In this document: positions 51,479-61,445 of the stretch, piece by piece
How the letters are laid out: each line of letters starts with the position of its first letter
Position numbering within the stretch: the stretch's first letter is position 1
Program-made: the position numbers and the translations under genes
Assembly: GCA_963665975.1 (NCBI GenBank)
Contig: OY762508.1
Location: forward strand, 916,585-980,584
Source: Rhodothermales bacterium
GTDB lineage: Bacteria; Bacteroidota; Rhodothermia; Rhodothermales; Bin80
Reading direction: 5' to 3'
DNA length: 64,000 nucleotides
Notes under the pieces: generated by a model
Databases searched by the model: none
Seen by the model: the letters and a program-made list of their open reading frames with translations, nothing else
Told to the model about the DNA's origin: nothing

Positions 51479-53821
51479 ATGAAACGCACCCTGTTTATTC
51501 TGCTTCTTCTATTCTCAGGCACTGGCACCGCCTCTGCCCAATACGCACTGCAATTCGGCGCCGCCGTCACGGCGACCGGCGACCAGGTGCTGATTGGTGA
51601 GGGACGCAATTTGCTGCTGCCAGGCAGTGTGTACGTATACCAGCAGGCTTCCGACGGCACGTGGCAAAATGCTGGCGTGCTCACGCCGCATGAAGCTGAT
51701 GAAGAGGCCCTGGGATTTGGCCGGGCACTCTCCGCTCACGGAAACACCCTGGCCATCGGTGCTCCGCTTGCCGGGAATACCTATCTGTATGTGCGCGATG
51801 ACGCTGGCGCGTGGAATCATACAGCCACGCTCACCTCGGAATCTCCCGGGTTCGGGGCCGCTGTCGCCGTGTACGGTGACCTGCTTGTAGTCGGTGCTCC
51901 GGGAGCGGGCGACGCGCCTGGCTCCGCCTACGCCTACCAGCAATCGGTCGAGGGCGCGTGGACGTTGACAGGTACGTTAACCGCGGAGGATATTGTCCCC
52001 CGGGATGGTTTTGGCAGCACTGTTTCGGTGATGGGCAATCATGCGGTTGTAGGATCGCCCATGAGAGATAACCGAACCGGAGCGGTCCATGTTTTTCAAC
52101 ACGACGCGGAAACAGCCGAGTGGAAACTGACCTATTCGCTTGTCTCAACGGACGCGGGTGACCGTTTCGGCACGGCGGCGCTATTCTACGGAGACTTCCT
52201 TGCGGTGTCCGCTCCCGGAGCAGACGCCGGTAAGGTTTCCTTGTTCACGCAGGATGCCGAGACGAATACGTGGGTCTTCAACCGCAACCTGTTGCCGTTT
52301 GATGCGGACAAGAGCGAGAATTTCGGCGTATCGCTCGCCTTTGCTGGCGAGGAACTCTGGGTAGGCGCACCCGGACATGCTTCGCGGGAGGGCGCCGTAT
52401 ATCGTTTTCAATGGGACGAGGCTACGGCACAGATGACGGCGACCTGGCGTACGGCGCCGGACGATTTACAGTACCGGAGTGGGTTCGGGACTGCAGTGGC
52501 CGCGGGCGATGGCGTGATAGTCGTCGGCGCTAATGGCCATGACAACTTCGAAGGTGCAGCATTTCCGTACATGCAGTCAGACGGCGAATGGAATGCTGCC
52601 CCGCCAGTCCGTAACGAAGCCGGTGAAATCGAATCCGTAGTCGGCGGCATGGTGGCCTGCGAAGAGGGAGAAGCCGGACGATTCCCGTGTGCGGAAGTGG
52701 ACATGGTGGCGTTTCTCACGCGGCACGAAATCGGTGCCAAGCGTGGTATTCAGGTCAACGATGTTTGGGGATGGGAAGACTCCGAGACGGGACACGAATA
52801 TGCGCTTGTCGGGCGCACCGACGGCACGTCGTTTATCGACCTGACCGACCCGTCCATGCCCATCTACATCGGAGATCTACCGAAGACGGCTACGGCCAAC
52901 CAGAGCCTGTGGCGAGACATAAAGGTGTACCGGGATCATGCCTTTATTGTCGCAGACGGAGCTGGCGCGCATCATGTGCAGATCTTTGACCTACGCCAAC
53001 TGCGGGATGTGGAGCACCCACCGGTCCAGTTCACCGAAACTGCGCTGTACAAGGGTATCTACAGTTCACACAACATCATCATCAACGAAGAGACGGGATA
53101 TGCCTACGCTGTAGGCAACGACTCTGGTGGCGAGACGTGCGGCGGTGCGCTGCACATGATCAATATCCAGGATCCCGTCAACCCGACGTTTGCGGGCTGC
53201 TTTGCTGACACGCGCACCGGACGTAGCGGCACGGGAACGACACACGATGCCCAGTGCGTCTCCTATGTCGGACCCGATACCCAGTATCAAGGGCGTGAAA
53301 TCTGCCTTAGCTCGAATGGCACGGCCTTGTCCATTGCAGATGTTACGGACAAGGATAACCCGGTTGCCATCTCTTTAGCCGAGTATCCAAACGTGTCCTA
53401 TACGCACCAGGGCTGGCTGACGGAGGATCATCGCTATTTCTATCTGAACGACGAGGGTGACGAAATGGCGGGAGTGGTGGATGCCACGCGGACCCTCATC
53501 TTTGACGTTTCAGACCTCGACGACCCCGCCATGGTTGGTGAATACATGGGGCCAAGCAGCGCAATCGACCACAACCTCTACATCCGTGGCAATACAATGT
53601 ACCAGACAAACTATGTCGAGGGGCTGCGACTAGTGGACATCACCGACCCGGAAAACCCAACCGAAGTCGGCCACTTTGACACGGTCCCGTACGGCAAGAA
53701 CGATAATTCGCCGGTATTGGGAGCGTGGAGCAATTATCCCTTTTTCAAGAGCGGTGTGATCGTGGTGACATCGGGGCGCGAAGGCGTGTTCTTCCTGAAG
53801 AAAAAAGCCGTGGATATCTGA
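51479..53821 (+). CDS. secreted FG-GAP repeat plus LVIVD/choice-of-anchor-B-like beta-propeller protein
   Basis: Signal peptide MKRTLFILLLLFSGTGTASAQ. The FG-GAP pattern repeats (FGAAVAVYGDLLVVGAP, FGSTVSVMGNHAVVGSP, FGTAALFYGDFLAVSAP, FGVSLAFAGEELWVGAP). The C-terminal half has LVIVD-like repeats (LSIADVTDKDNP, LRLVDITDPENP). Confidence 0.75.
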   Translation: MKRTLFILLLLFSGTGTASAQYALQFGAAVTATGDQVLIGEGRNLLLPGSVYVYQQASDGTWQNAGVLTPHEADEEALGFGRALSAHGNTLAIGAPLAGNTYLYVRDDAGAWNHTATLTSESPGFGAAVAVYGDLLVVGAPGAGDAPGSAYAYQQSVEGAWTLTGTLTAEDIVPRDGFGSTVSVMGNHAVVGSPMRDNRTGAVHVFQHDAETAEWKLTYSLVSTDAGDRFGTAALFYGDFLAVSAPGADAGKVSLFTQDAETNTWVFNRNLLPFDADKSENFGVSLAFAGEELWVGAPGHASREGAVYRFQWDEATAQMTATWRTAPDDLQYRSGFGTAVAAGDGVIVVGANGHDNFEGAAFPYMQSDGEWNAAPPVRNEAGEIESVVGGMVACEEGEAGRFPCAEVDMVAFLTRHEIGAKRGIQVNDVWGWEDSETGHEYALVGRTDGTSFIDLTDPSMPIYIGDLPKTATANQSLWRDIKVYRDHAFIVADGAGAHHVQIFDLRQLRDVEHPPVQFTETALYKGIYSSHNIIINEETGYAYAVGNDSGGETCGGALHMINIQDPVNPTFAGCFADTRTGRSGTGTTHDAQCVSYVGPDTQYQGREICLSSNGTALSIADVTDKDNPVAISLAEYPNVSYTHQGWLTEDHRYFYLNDEGDEMAGVVDATRTLIFDVSDLDDPAMVGEYMGPSSAIDHNLYIRGNTMYQTNYVEGLRLVDITDPENPTEVGHFDTVPYGKNDNSPVLGAWSNYPFFKSGVIVVTSGREGVFFLKKKAVDI

Positions 53822-54107
53822 GCATCCCAAGCTACTTGCCCTGGTGCGACGCGTGCGGGAACATCTTGTTTTGGGATGTTTGTATATATGCACTTTACGG
53901 GCGATCCGGCTGGCTAACGCCACCCACTCTCGCGCGTACGAAGCAACTTTTTCGCAATCTGCGTATCCTTATAGGGATTTGCGTTTCCGAGCTTGGCGGG
54001 AAACCAAGATCTTTATTGCGTATATATTGGGACCTTGGCGCGAAATCAGTTGTATGTTCGCTGCCAATTCCTAGCAAACACTCTACCACCAAACTACGGC
54101 ATGTAAG

Positions 54108-54932
54108 ATGAACGCGAACTGCAAGACCCTCGTGCTCCCACTCGCCCTCCTGCTAGCCGGGCTTGTCTCGACACAGGTTGCTGCACAGGAATACAAGGAA
54201 GATTACAACGCAGCCCTGGCAGCAGCCAAGGCGCAGCAATACCCCGAAGCACGCGCCAAATTCGCGGCTGCCGCCGAGGGCGCCGACGAAGCGGGAGATG
54301 ATGGCATATCCAGACAGGCCCGGTCGGTTGCCGCCAAGATTGATTACAAACTGGGCAATGCAGCGCTAAAGGGCGATAACTTTGAACAGGCTCTCGGCTA
54401 CTATCAGGCTGGAACGGCAATCTTTCCCGCCTACATAAAGAATCGGTATGGTCAGGGCCTGGCGCTCAAAAAGATGGGCCGTATGGAAGAGGCGCTCGGC
54501 GCCTTCCGGGAGGTTTCGGAGGCTTCTGGAGATCGCAAGACGAGCCTCGCAGCGGCCAAGGCCATCCGGGAGCATTTTTACTTCCAGGCGTCTTCTGCTG
54601 TGAGTAGAACAAACCCCACCGCGCTGGATGCGGACCGCGCATTTGCTGCGCTGACCTCGTTGGAAGAGTACAATCTTGATCCCGACGCGAACTACCACTA
54701 TTACCAGGCCGAAGCACACCGCATTAAAGGTGACGCGTCTGCCAGCGCCGCTGCGGCAGACGAGGCACTCGCATTGCACAACGGCTCCAAAAGCGACAAG
54801 GCCAAGATCTGGTTTGTCAAGGCTCAAGCGCTTGTTTCGCTCGGTGACGTAGATGCCGCCAAGGCCGCATTTACCAATGCCGATTTCGGCAGCTACCGGC
54901 AGTTGGTCAAGCACTATCTTGAAACGCTATAG
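54108..54932 (+). CDS. secreted TPR-like repeat protein
   Basis: Signal peptide ...LLAGLVSTQVAAQ and an Ala-rich helical repeat pattern (..FEQALGYYQAG.., ..MEEALGAFREV..). Confidence 0.65.
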   Translation: MNANCKTLVLPLALLLAGLVSTQVAAQEYKEDYNAALAAAKAQQYPEARAKFAAAAEGADEAGDDGISRQARSVAAKIDYKLGNAALKGDNFEQALGYYQAGTAIFPAYIKNRYGQGLALKKMGRMEEALGAFREVSEASGDRKTSLAAAKAIREHFYFQASSAVSRTNPTALDADRAFAALTSLEEYNLDPDANYHYYQAEAHRIKGDASASAAAADEALALHNGSKSDKAKIWFVKAQALVSLGDVDAAKAAFTNADFGSYRQLVKHYLETL

Positions 54933-54954
54933 ATGCGTCATACTCCCTTGGCAG

Positions 54955-54988
54955 AAAGCCCGTAATCCCTACGGATTGCGGGCTTTTT
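54955..54988 (+). terminator. rho-independent terminator after the TPR gene
   Basis: AAAGCCCGTAATCC-CTAC-GGATTGCGGGCTTT followed by further T residues, starting 22 nt after the stop codon. Confidence 0.7.
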
Positions 54989-55046
54989 ATATGTATCCAT
55001 ATCCAGTCATGGACCTCATTGGGTCCTATTAACTCTGGTCGCCATC

Positions 55047-55829
55047 ATGTCCACCTCCGTGATTTCGCCGCGTGCCACTATCGGGCCCGATACCACAATC
55101 GGGCAGTTCTGTGTCATTGAGGACGATGTGGTAATTGGCCGGAATTGTAAGATTGGGCACAATGTGGTCCTTCGCTGTGGCACAATCATCGGTAACGACG
55201 TGTGGATAAGCGACCGCGCCACACTGGGGCAGCAGCCGATGCGAGCCTTCAACAGCACCCTGCCGGAGACCACCGAGCTCACGCCTGCTCGGGTTGGAGC
55301 ACGGTGCCGCATCGGGGTTGGCGCGATTATCTATGCCGGATGTACGCTGGCGGAAAACGTCTTCGTGGCCGACCTTGCCACGATTCGGGAGGCGGTGGCG
55401 GTCGGTGCCTGCACGATAGTGGGGCGTGGCGTCGCGATTGAGAATGCGTGCTCCATCGGACAGTACTGCAAGCTCGAGACGAATGCCTACATCACGGCAT
55501 ATTCGCATCTCGAAGACCGCGCATTCGTTGCTCCCGGCGTGCTCACCAGCAATGACAATTTTGCCGGTCGCACGCCCGATCGACACAAATATTACAAGGG
55601 GGTTACGGTGCGGCGCGGTGGACGATTGGGAGTCGGCGCGGTCATCTTGCCAGGTAAGGAAATCGGGGCGGACGCCCTCGTCGCAGGCGGCGCCGTGTTG
55701 ACGCATGACGCCACTCCTGGAGACCTATGGGCCGGCGTTCCGGCGCGTGCCATCCGGCGCGTATCCGCCGAACAACTCCTGGAAAACCAGGGATGGCGTG
55801 ACATATCCACGGACGACCTTCAACCATGA
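55047..55829 (+). CDS. left-handed beta-helix (hexapeptide repeat) sugar N-acetyltransferase, WbpD/WlbB-like
   Basis: Hexapeptide repeats run throughout (IGPDTTIGQFCVIEDDVVIGRNCKIGHNVVL...). The C-terminal GVPARAIRR is typical of sugar acetyltransferases. It lies next to DegT and Gfo/Idh/MocA genes. Confidence 0.75.
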   Translation: MSTSVISPRATIGPDTTIGQFCVIEDDVVIGRNCKIGHNVVLRCGTIIGNDVWISDRATLGQQPMRAFNSTLPETTELTPARVGARCRIGVGAIIYAGCTLAENVFVADLATIREAVAVGACTIVGRGVAIENACSIGQYCKLETNAYITAYSHLEDRAFVAPGVLTSNDNFAGRTPDRHKYYKGVTVRRGGRLGVGAVILPGKEIGADALVAGGAVLTHDATPGDLWAGVPARAIRRVSAEQLLENQGWRDISTDDLQP

Positions 55830-55839
55830 ACGCAGCGCC

Positions 55840-56967
55840 GTGAGCTTGGAAAAGATCCAGATGGTAGATCTGCAGGGACAATACCTGCGCCTCAAGGAAG
55901 ATATTGATCATGCCATCGAGGAAGTCCTGTGTTCTGCGCAATTTATTCGAGGCCCCGTAGTTGGCGCTTTTGAGCAGGAACTGGCGAACTACTTGAACGG
56001 AAAGCATGTCCTGGGTGTTGCCAATGGCACGGACGCTCTCCAGATCGCCTACATGGCGCTGGGAATCGGACCGGGTGACGAGGTCATCACGCCCGCGTTC
56101 ACCTTTATTGCAACTGCTGAAGCGGCTGCCCTTTTGGGGGCTACTCCGGTCTTTGCAGACATCGCACCGGACACCTTTACCCTGGACCCGGCCCATGTGG
56201 AAGCACTCATCACGCCGCGCACCAGGGCGATCGTGCCGGTGCACCTCTTCGGGCAGGCCGCAGATATGGATCCGCTGCTTGACATTGGAGAGCGCTACGG
56301 GATCCCCGTAATTGAGGACAACGCGCAGGCTGTGGGCGCCACCTACCAGGGGCGCAAGACCGGTGTATTGGCGAGCCTGGGAACGTTGTCCTTCTTTCCT
56401 GCCAAGAATCTGGGCGCGTACGGAGACGGCGGAGCCGTGATAACGAATGACGATTCACTCCACGAACGTCTCCGGATGATTGCCAACCATGGTGGCCGTC
56501 ACAAGTACTACAACGAAGTCGTCGGTGTCAACAGCCGTCTGGACGCGTTACAGGCGGCCATCCTGCGCGTCAAGCTCCGCCATCTGGATGCATTTGCCGA
56601 AGCCCGGCAGGCTGCTGCTGACCGCTACGACGCACTGTTGGCACCATGCCGGCATATCGTTACGCCAAAGCGAGCGCCCTATGGTGAGCATGTTTTCCAC
56701 CAGTACACCCTGCGCATCCTGCCAACCGCCTCAAGCGGCCGTGATGTATTGCAAAAGCACCTCAAGGCACGGGGTATTCCCTTCGGAGTCTACTATCCCG
56801 TCCCGCTACACCAACTGCCCGTATTCATGGACGTAACCACAGCACGCAGCGGCCCATTGCCAGAAACGGAGCGTGCCGCTCAGGAAGTGATATCACTGCC
56901 CATGCACACGGAATTGACCGCGCAGCAGCAGGAGATAGTCGCACAGGCAGTCCTCGAATGCGTCTGA
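55840..56967 (+). CDS. DegT/DnrJ/EryC1/StrS family PLP-dependent sugar aminotransferase (WbpE-like)
   Basis: (V)SLEKIQMVDLQGQY start, GVANGTDAL, and the PLP-lysine context SFFPAKNLGAYGDGG. I chose the GTG at 55840; the first ATG is at 55861. Confidence 0.88.
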   Translation: MSLEKIQMVDLQGQYLRLKEDIDHAIEEVLCSAQFIRGPVVGAFEQELANYLNGKHVLGVANGTDALQIAYMALGIGPGDEVITPAFTFIATAEAAALLGATPVFADIAPDTFTLDPAHVEALITPRTRAIVPVHLFGQAADMDPLLDIGERYGIPVIEDNAQAVGATYQGRKTGVLASLGTLSFFPAKNLGAYGDGGAVITNDDSLHERLRMIANHGGRHKYYNEVVGVNSRLDALQAAILRVKLRHLDAFAEARQAAADRYDALLAPCRHIVTPKRAPYGEHVFHQYTLRILPTASSGRDVLQKHLKARGIPFGVYYPVPLHQLPVFMDVTTARSGPLPETERAAQEVISLPMHTELTAQQQEIVAQAVLECV

Positions 56968-57004
56968 TTGTCGCGAGCTGCTTTCTTACTCGAAGTCGGG
57001 TAAT

Positions 57005-58045
57005 ATGACAAACCGTACTATCCATCTTGCACAGGTCGGCGTAGGATATTGGGGAAAGAATCTCCTTAGAAACTTCTATGATCTGCCCGACACCGAGGTC
57101 GTCATGATCTGCGACCATGATGCCGATGTGCTGACCTCTCTGGCGCAGCGGCATCCCGGATTGGCTACCACACAACGGTTCGAAGACCTCCTTGACATCC
57201 CAGAGGTGGAAGGGGTGGTCATTGCAACCGAAACGCCTCAACATTACGCCATGGCCGAGGCCGCGCTAAAGCGCGGCAAGCATGTATTCGTCGAAAAGCC
57301 GATGACACAGACGGCAGCACAGGCCAGGTCTCTTGTCTCCCTGGCGCAATCGCAAGGTCTACATGTGATGGTCGGTCATTTGCTGCTCTATCACCCGGCC
57401 TTTTGTTATGTGGAGGACCTGATCCGACAGGGCACGCTCGGTGATGTATATTATTTGTATAGCGTGCGTGTCAATCTTGGCATTATCCGCAAGCGTGAAA
57501 ATGCGCTCGAGAGCCTGGCTCCGCACGACCTGTCGGTGGCTTTGGCCTTTCTTGATCAGGAGCCCGTAGCGGTATCTGCGCAGGGGCAGGCCTATTTGCA
57601 GCCCAATATCGTCGATGTGGCTTTCGCTACAATCTTCTTTGAAAACGGCGCCCTCGCCCACTTGCACACAAGTTGGCTTGACCCGCACAAGATTCGCAAG
57701 GTTACCGTTGTGGGCAGCCAAAAGATGGCGGTAATAGACGATGGGGCAGGCCCTGAAAAGGTTCGTTTGTATGACAAGGGCGTCTCTCGACCGCCGGACA
57801 AAGCGACGTACGCCACCTATGCGGAATCCATGACCATCCGGTCCGGGGATATCCACATTCCAAAGATCCAGATGCAGGAGCCGCTTCGCATCGAATGCAG
57901 CCATTTCGTCGACTGTATCCGCACGGGACAGACTCCGCGAACTGATGGGCGAAACGGACTCACTGTGGTGCGCATCCTGGAGGCGGCGCAGGAATCGTTG
58001 AGGCATGACGGCCGCACCGTGCAGCTTTCCGCACCGACCGTCTGA
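57005..58045 (+). CDS. Gfo/Idh/MocA family oxidoreductase (WbpB/WlbA-like UDP-sugar 3-dehydrogenase candidate)
   Basis: Rossmann start VGVGYWGKNLLRN, then EKPM, and a C-terminal alpha/beta oligomerisation domain. Its position beside the aminotransferase and acetyltransferase supports the call. Confidence 0.8.
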   Translation: MTNRTIHLAQVGVGYWGKNLLRNFYDLPDTEVVMICDHDADVLTSLAQRHPGLATTQRFEDLLDIPEVEGVVIATETPQHYAMAEAALKRGKHVFVEKPMTQTAAQARSLVSLAQSQGLHVMVGHLLLYHPAFCYVEDLIRQGTLGDVYYLYSVRVNLGIIRKRENALESLAPHDLSVALAFLDQEPVAVSAQGQAYLQPNIVDVAFATIFFENGALAHLHTSWLDPHKIRKVTVVGSQKMAVIDDGAGPEKVRLYDKGVSRPPDKATYATYAESMTIRSGDIHIPKIQMQEPLRIECSHFVDCIRTGQTPRTDGRNGLTVVRILEAAQESLRHDGRTVQLSAPTV

Positions 58046-58076
58046 TGTGGCGCGGGCCTGGCCTCGCGCGCTCACC

Positions 58077-58910
58077 ATGTCTACGTCGCAACACCTCCAG
58101 ACGTACTTAGATGGCCTCGTAGCTCACTTTGAGCGTGCGGCTTTCATTGCGGATGATCCGATTGCGATTCCGCATGCCTTCGACGATCCGCGCGACCAGG
58201 AAGTCATCGGACTGTATGCGGCCTTGCTTGCATGGGGCCGTCGTGAGACCGTGCTCATGAAATTAGCAGACCTCTGCGAACGAATGGAGTATCGACCGTA
58301 CGAATATGTGCTCGGGTTTTGCGAAAGCCGTGACGCGCCGAGTCTGGACTCCTTCAAGCATCGCACGTTTCAGCCGGAGGATGCGTTGTGGTTTACGAAG
58401 AGCCTCTCACTCCTGCTTCGCCGTCATGACACAGTCGAAGCCATCTTTTCCAGTCATCTTGACGAAGATGCCGAGGACATTGGAGATGCCATTGAGGGCT
58501 TTAGTCGATCCATTGCAGAGGCCATTGCGGAAACTCCTGACCGTTTGCGCAAGCATTTGGCCCGACCCCGCTCGGGAAGTGCTTGCAAGCGTCTGTGCAT
58601 GTACCTTCGGTGGATGGTGCGTCCAGGGCCCGTGGATCTGGGGATCTGGCGCTCCATGCACCCCCGGCAACTGGTCTTGCCACTGGATGTGCATTCGGGC
58701 AGGCAAGCCCGCATTCTCGGGCTCTTGCAACGCAAGGCAAACGACTGGCGGTCCGCGCTGGAACTAACCCGGCAGTGCAGGCAGTTTAGTCCGGAAGACC
58801 CTGCCCGCTTCGACTATGCCCTGTTTGGGCTCGGAGTCTACGGTGATCCCTTGACTGAACAGAATGATGTGCTTGCGCTACGCGCAGCAATAGACAAGGA
58901 AGTCTCATGA
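58077..58910 (+). CDS. TIGR02757/DUF2400 family protein (function unknown)
   Basis: The pattern ...IAIPH.F.D..D.E...L.AA.LAWG.R......CKRL.MYLRWMVR...D.GIW.....L..PLDVH matches my memory of this family. The ATG at 58077 avoids overlap with the upstream gene. Confidence 0.6.
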   Translation: MSTSQHLQTYLDGLVAHFERAAFIADDPIAIPHAFDDPRDQEVIGLYAALLAWGRRETVLMKLADLCERMEYRPYEYVLGFCESRDAPSLDSFKHRTFQPEDALWFTKSLSLLLRRHDTVEAIFSSHLDEDAEDIGDAIEGFSRSIAEAIAETPDRLRKHLARPRSGSACKRLCMYLRWMVRPGPVDLGIWRSMHPRQLVLPLDVHSGRQARILGLLQRKANDWRSALELTRQCRQFSPEDPARFDYALFGLGVYGDPLTEQNDVLALRAAIDKEVS

Positions 58911-59863
58911 ATAAGCGTGATTCCCAACCTGAACTCGGTCTTGTCATCCCGTGCCTGAACGAAGAAGAGGTGCTGCCCGAACTCCTTGGCATTCTGGACT
59001 CGTTGGATATAGGAGCACCCGTGCGTGTGTTGTTCGTCGATGACGGAAGTTCAGATAGCACGCTATCGATTCTTCAAGAGGCCTGCAACCGGGATGCGCG
59101 GTATGCCTGCCTGAGCTTTTCTCGGAATTTTGGACATCAGGAAGCGGTATCTGCGGGCTTGCGTCATGTGCGTGGGGACATCGTAGCCGTGCTTGACGCG
59201 GATCTCCAGGACCCTCCCTCGGTGCTCGGTGAATTCGTACAACAGTGGCAAGGCGGGTACGACGTGGTATATGGCATCCGCACAAATCGCAAGGAGTCGC
59301 TGCCACTACGGCTGGCGTATCGCATTTTTTATCGCCTGCTAAAATGGACCGCAAACATCCATATCCCGCTGGATGCCGGCGACTTCGCGCTGATGGACCG
59401 CCGCGTGGTTGATGTTATCAACGCCATGCCGGAGCACAACCGGTTTATTCGTGGCCTGCGGGGATGGGCGGGCTTCCGGCAGATCGGTGTCAAGTACGAG
59501 CGCCAGATGCGACGCGCTGGAACACCGAGCTATACCTTCCGGAAGCTCACGCGGCTGGCCCTTGACGGCCTGATGTCGTTCTCGGCAGTCCCACTCCGTC
59601 TTTCGGGCTGGCTGGGGATATTGGCGGCGTTCCTGGGATTCTGCTATCTCGCGTATGCCTTGTTGGGCTACTTTCTCGGCGTCGAGATTCCGCGTGGGTG
59701 GACGTCCACAATTGTTATCGTGCTATTCCTGGGTGGCATCCAACTGATGGTGTTGGGAATTCTGGGTGATTATATCGGACGAATTTTCGACGAGGTGAAA
59801 AATCGACCGCATTATGTGCCACAGGCCGTGTTCGGGTGGCTGGACGAAAAGGAGGCTCCGTGA
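58907..59863 (+). CDS. GT2 family polyprenyl-phosphate glycosyltransferase (GtrB/ArnC/Dpm1-like)
   Basis: IPCLNEE, VDDGSSD and DADLQDPP (DxD) motifs with two C-terminal TM helices. Its start overlaps the upstream stop in ATGA. Confidence 0.85.
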   Translation: MNKRDSQPELGLVIPCLNEEEVLPELLGILDSLDIGAPVRVLFVDDGSSDSTLSILQEACNRDARYACLSFSRNFGHQEAVSAGLRHVRGDIVAVLDADLQDPPSVLGEFVQQWQGGYDVVYGIRTNRKESLPLRLAYRIFYRLLKWTANIHIPLDAGDFALMDRRVVDVINAMPEHNRFIRGLRGWAGFRQIGVKYERQMRRAGTPSYTFRKLTRLALDGLMSFSAVPLRLSGWLGILAAFLGFCYLAYALLGYFLGVEIPRGWTSTIVIVLFLGGIQLMVLGILGDYIGRIFDEVKNRPHYVPQAVFGWLDEKEAP

Positions 59864-60048
59864 CGATTCGGGATGAGCGGGCACGCTCATACACGAGGAT
59901 TGTCCTTAGGAATCTGCCTGGCTCGCTTACAGACCGACCCAGGCACGATTGCGCGCAAGAATGGTGTTGCAACGGTGGTGCTGCGGGCGGACCCACTCGG
60001 AGCGTATGACCGCAACGTCAAAAGCGGGATTCGATTGCTCCCAGCTTC

Positions 60049-61344
60049 TTATCCCTTGTTCAAAAGCGTCGCGCGCGTATCTACAACCATAGAAGCACGG
60101 GTGTGCACCGCCGGCCAGTCGTAGCTAGAATGATCCACGGCAATAACTACACAATCCGCCTCCCGGAGTCCCATGCCCAGATCCTCCACCGACTCCATGG
60201 CCAGATTGCCAATCGCTAACACCGGTACGTGCGGATCGTGGTAGGACACATCGCCACCCTTTTCAATCAAGAGGGCTAGAATATCCAGCGCTGGTGATTC
60301 CCGCAGGTCACTCACATCTTTCTTGTACGCGACGCCAAGGACCAGAATCCGGCTTCCCTTGATGGGCTTGCCTACCGTGTTTAGTGCATCCTGTACTTTC
60401 TGAACCCAATAGCGCGGCATCGCTGTGTTTACTTCGGTTGCCAATTCGATGAATCGCGCCGTGTAATTCAGTGTCTTCAGTTTCCAGGACAAGTATTGCG
60501 GATCGACCGGTATGCAATGTCCGCCAAGCCCCGGGCCGGGTACGAATTTCATGAAGCCGAACGGCTTCGTGGCAGCCGCCTCAATCACCTCCCACGCGTC
60601 CAGTCCCAATTTGTCACAGATCAGGAGCACCTCATTGGCCATTCCGATATTGATGGCGCGGAATGTGTTCTCCAGGAGCTTCGTCATTTCGGCCGCATCG
60701 GTGGACGAAACAGGAACGAGCGTGTCAATTGCCGCACCGTACAGGGCAAGTCCTGTCTCCAGGCACGCCTCCGTCACGCCGCCGAGCACTTTAGGCGTGT
60801 TTTTGGTAGTCCAGTCGGTACGTCCGGGATCAACCCGTTCGGGCGAAAAGCACAGGAAAAAGTCCTCTCCGATCGTGAGAGCCGGCGCATGCTGCTGAAA
60901 GCGCGGCAGAATGACCTCCCTCGTTGTACCCGGATACGTTGTGCTGACCAGGACAACGAGTATGCCACGGTGCAACTGCGGCGCAATCGCTTCGGCGGCA
61001 CTCAGGATATAGGAGATGTCCGGAGTTCGCGTCTTCCTGAGCGGGGTGGGCACGCAAATGCTAACCGCATCGCAACTGCCAAGGGCGGCATAGTCCGACG
61101 TCGCGCACAGCGTGCCGGCGTCCACCAACAAAGCCAGACGTTCCGAAGCAATGTCGCCAATGTAGGAGTCTCCCCTGTTTATCCGGGAAACCCTGGATTC
61201 GTCGATGTCAACGCCAACGACCTTGAATCCCGCCTCCGCGAAGCTGATCGCCAGCGGCAACCCGACATAGCCCAACCCGATCACACCCACTCTTGCCGTA
61301 CGATCAGCGATCCGGCCCAGAATATGCTGTTTTATACTCTGCAC
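60049..61344 (-). CDS. nucleotide-sugar dehydrogenase (UDP-GlcNAc 6-dehydrogenase WbpA/TviB-like or UDP-ManNAc dehydrogenase)
   Basis: Rossmann VGVIGLGYVGLPLA and catalytic Cys context GLGGHCIPVDP, in 431 aa. GTG start. Confidence 0.88.
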   Translation of the reverse strand: MQSIKQHILGRIADRTARVGVIGLGYVGLPLAISFAEAGFKVVGVDIDESRVSRINRGDSYIGDIASERLALLVDAGTLCATSDYAALGSCDAVSICVPTPLRKTRTPDISYILSAAEAIAPQLHRGILVVLVSTTYPGTTREVILPRFQQHAPALTIGEDFFLCFSPERVDPGRTDWTTKNTPKVLGGVTEACLETGLALYGAAIDTLVPVSSTDAAEMTKLLENTFRAINIGMANEVLLICDKLGLDAWEVIEAAATKPFGFMKFVPGPGLGGHCIPVDPQYLSWKLKTLNYTARFIELATEVNTAMPRYWVQKVQDALNTVGKPIKGSRILVLGVAYKKDVSDLRESPALDILALLIEKGGDVSYHDPHVPVLAIGNLAMESVEDLGMGLREADCVVIAVDHSSYDWPAVHTRASMVVDTRATLLNKG

Positions 61345-61445
61345 GGGGCAAACGATTCGATTTTATTGCGTTCAGCGCGGCATGTACAGCAAGAACCAGT
61401 AATGGATCCAGCGGCCGTACCTACTCGGGCTTCCCTACTGCCCTG

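Noticed and set aside
53822-54107. Inverted repeat CATCCCAA ... TTGGGATG (about 53823-53878) after the FG-GAP gene.
   Set aside because: The loop is about 40 nt with no T-tract. It could be a weak terminator, but the support is insufficient to annotate.
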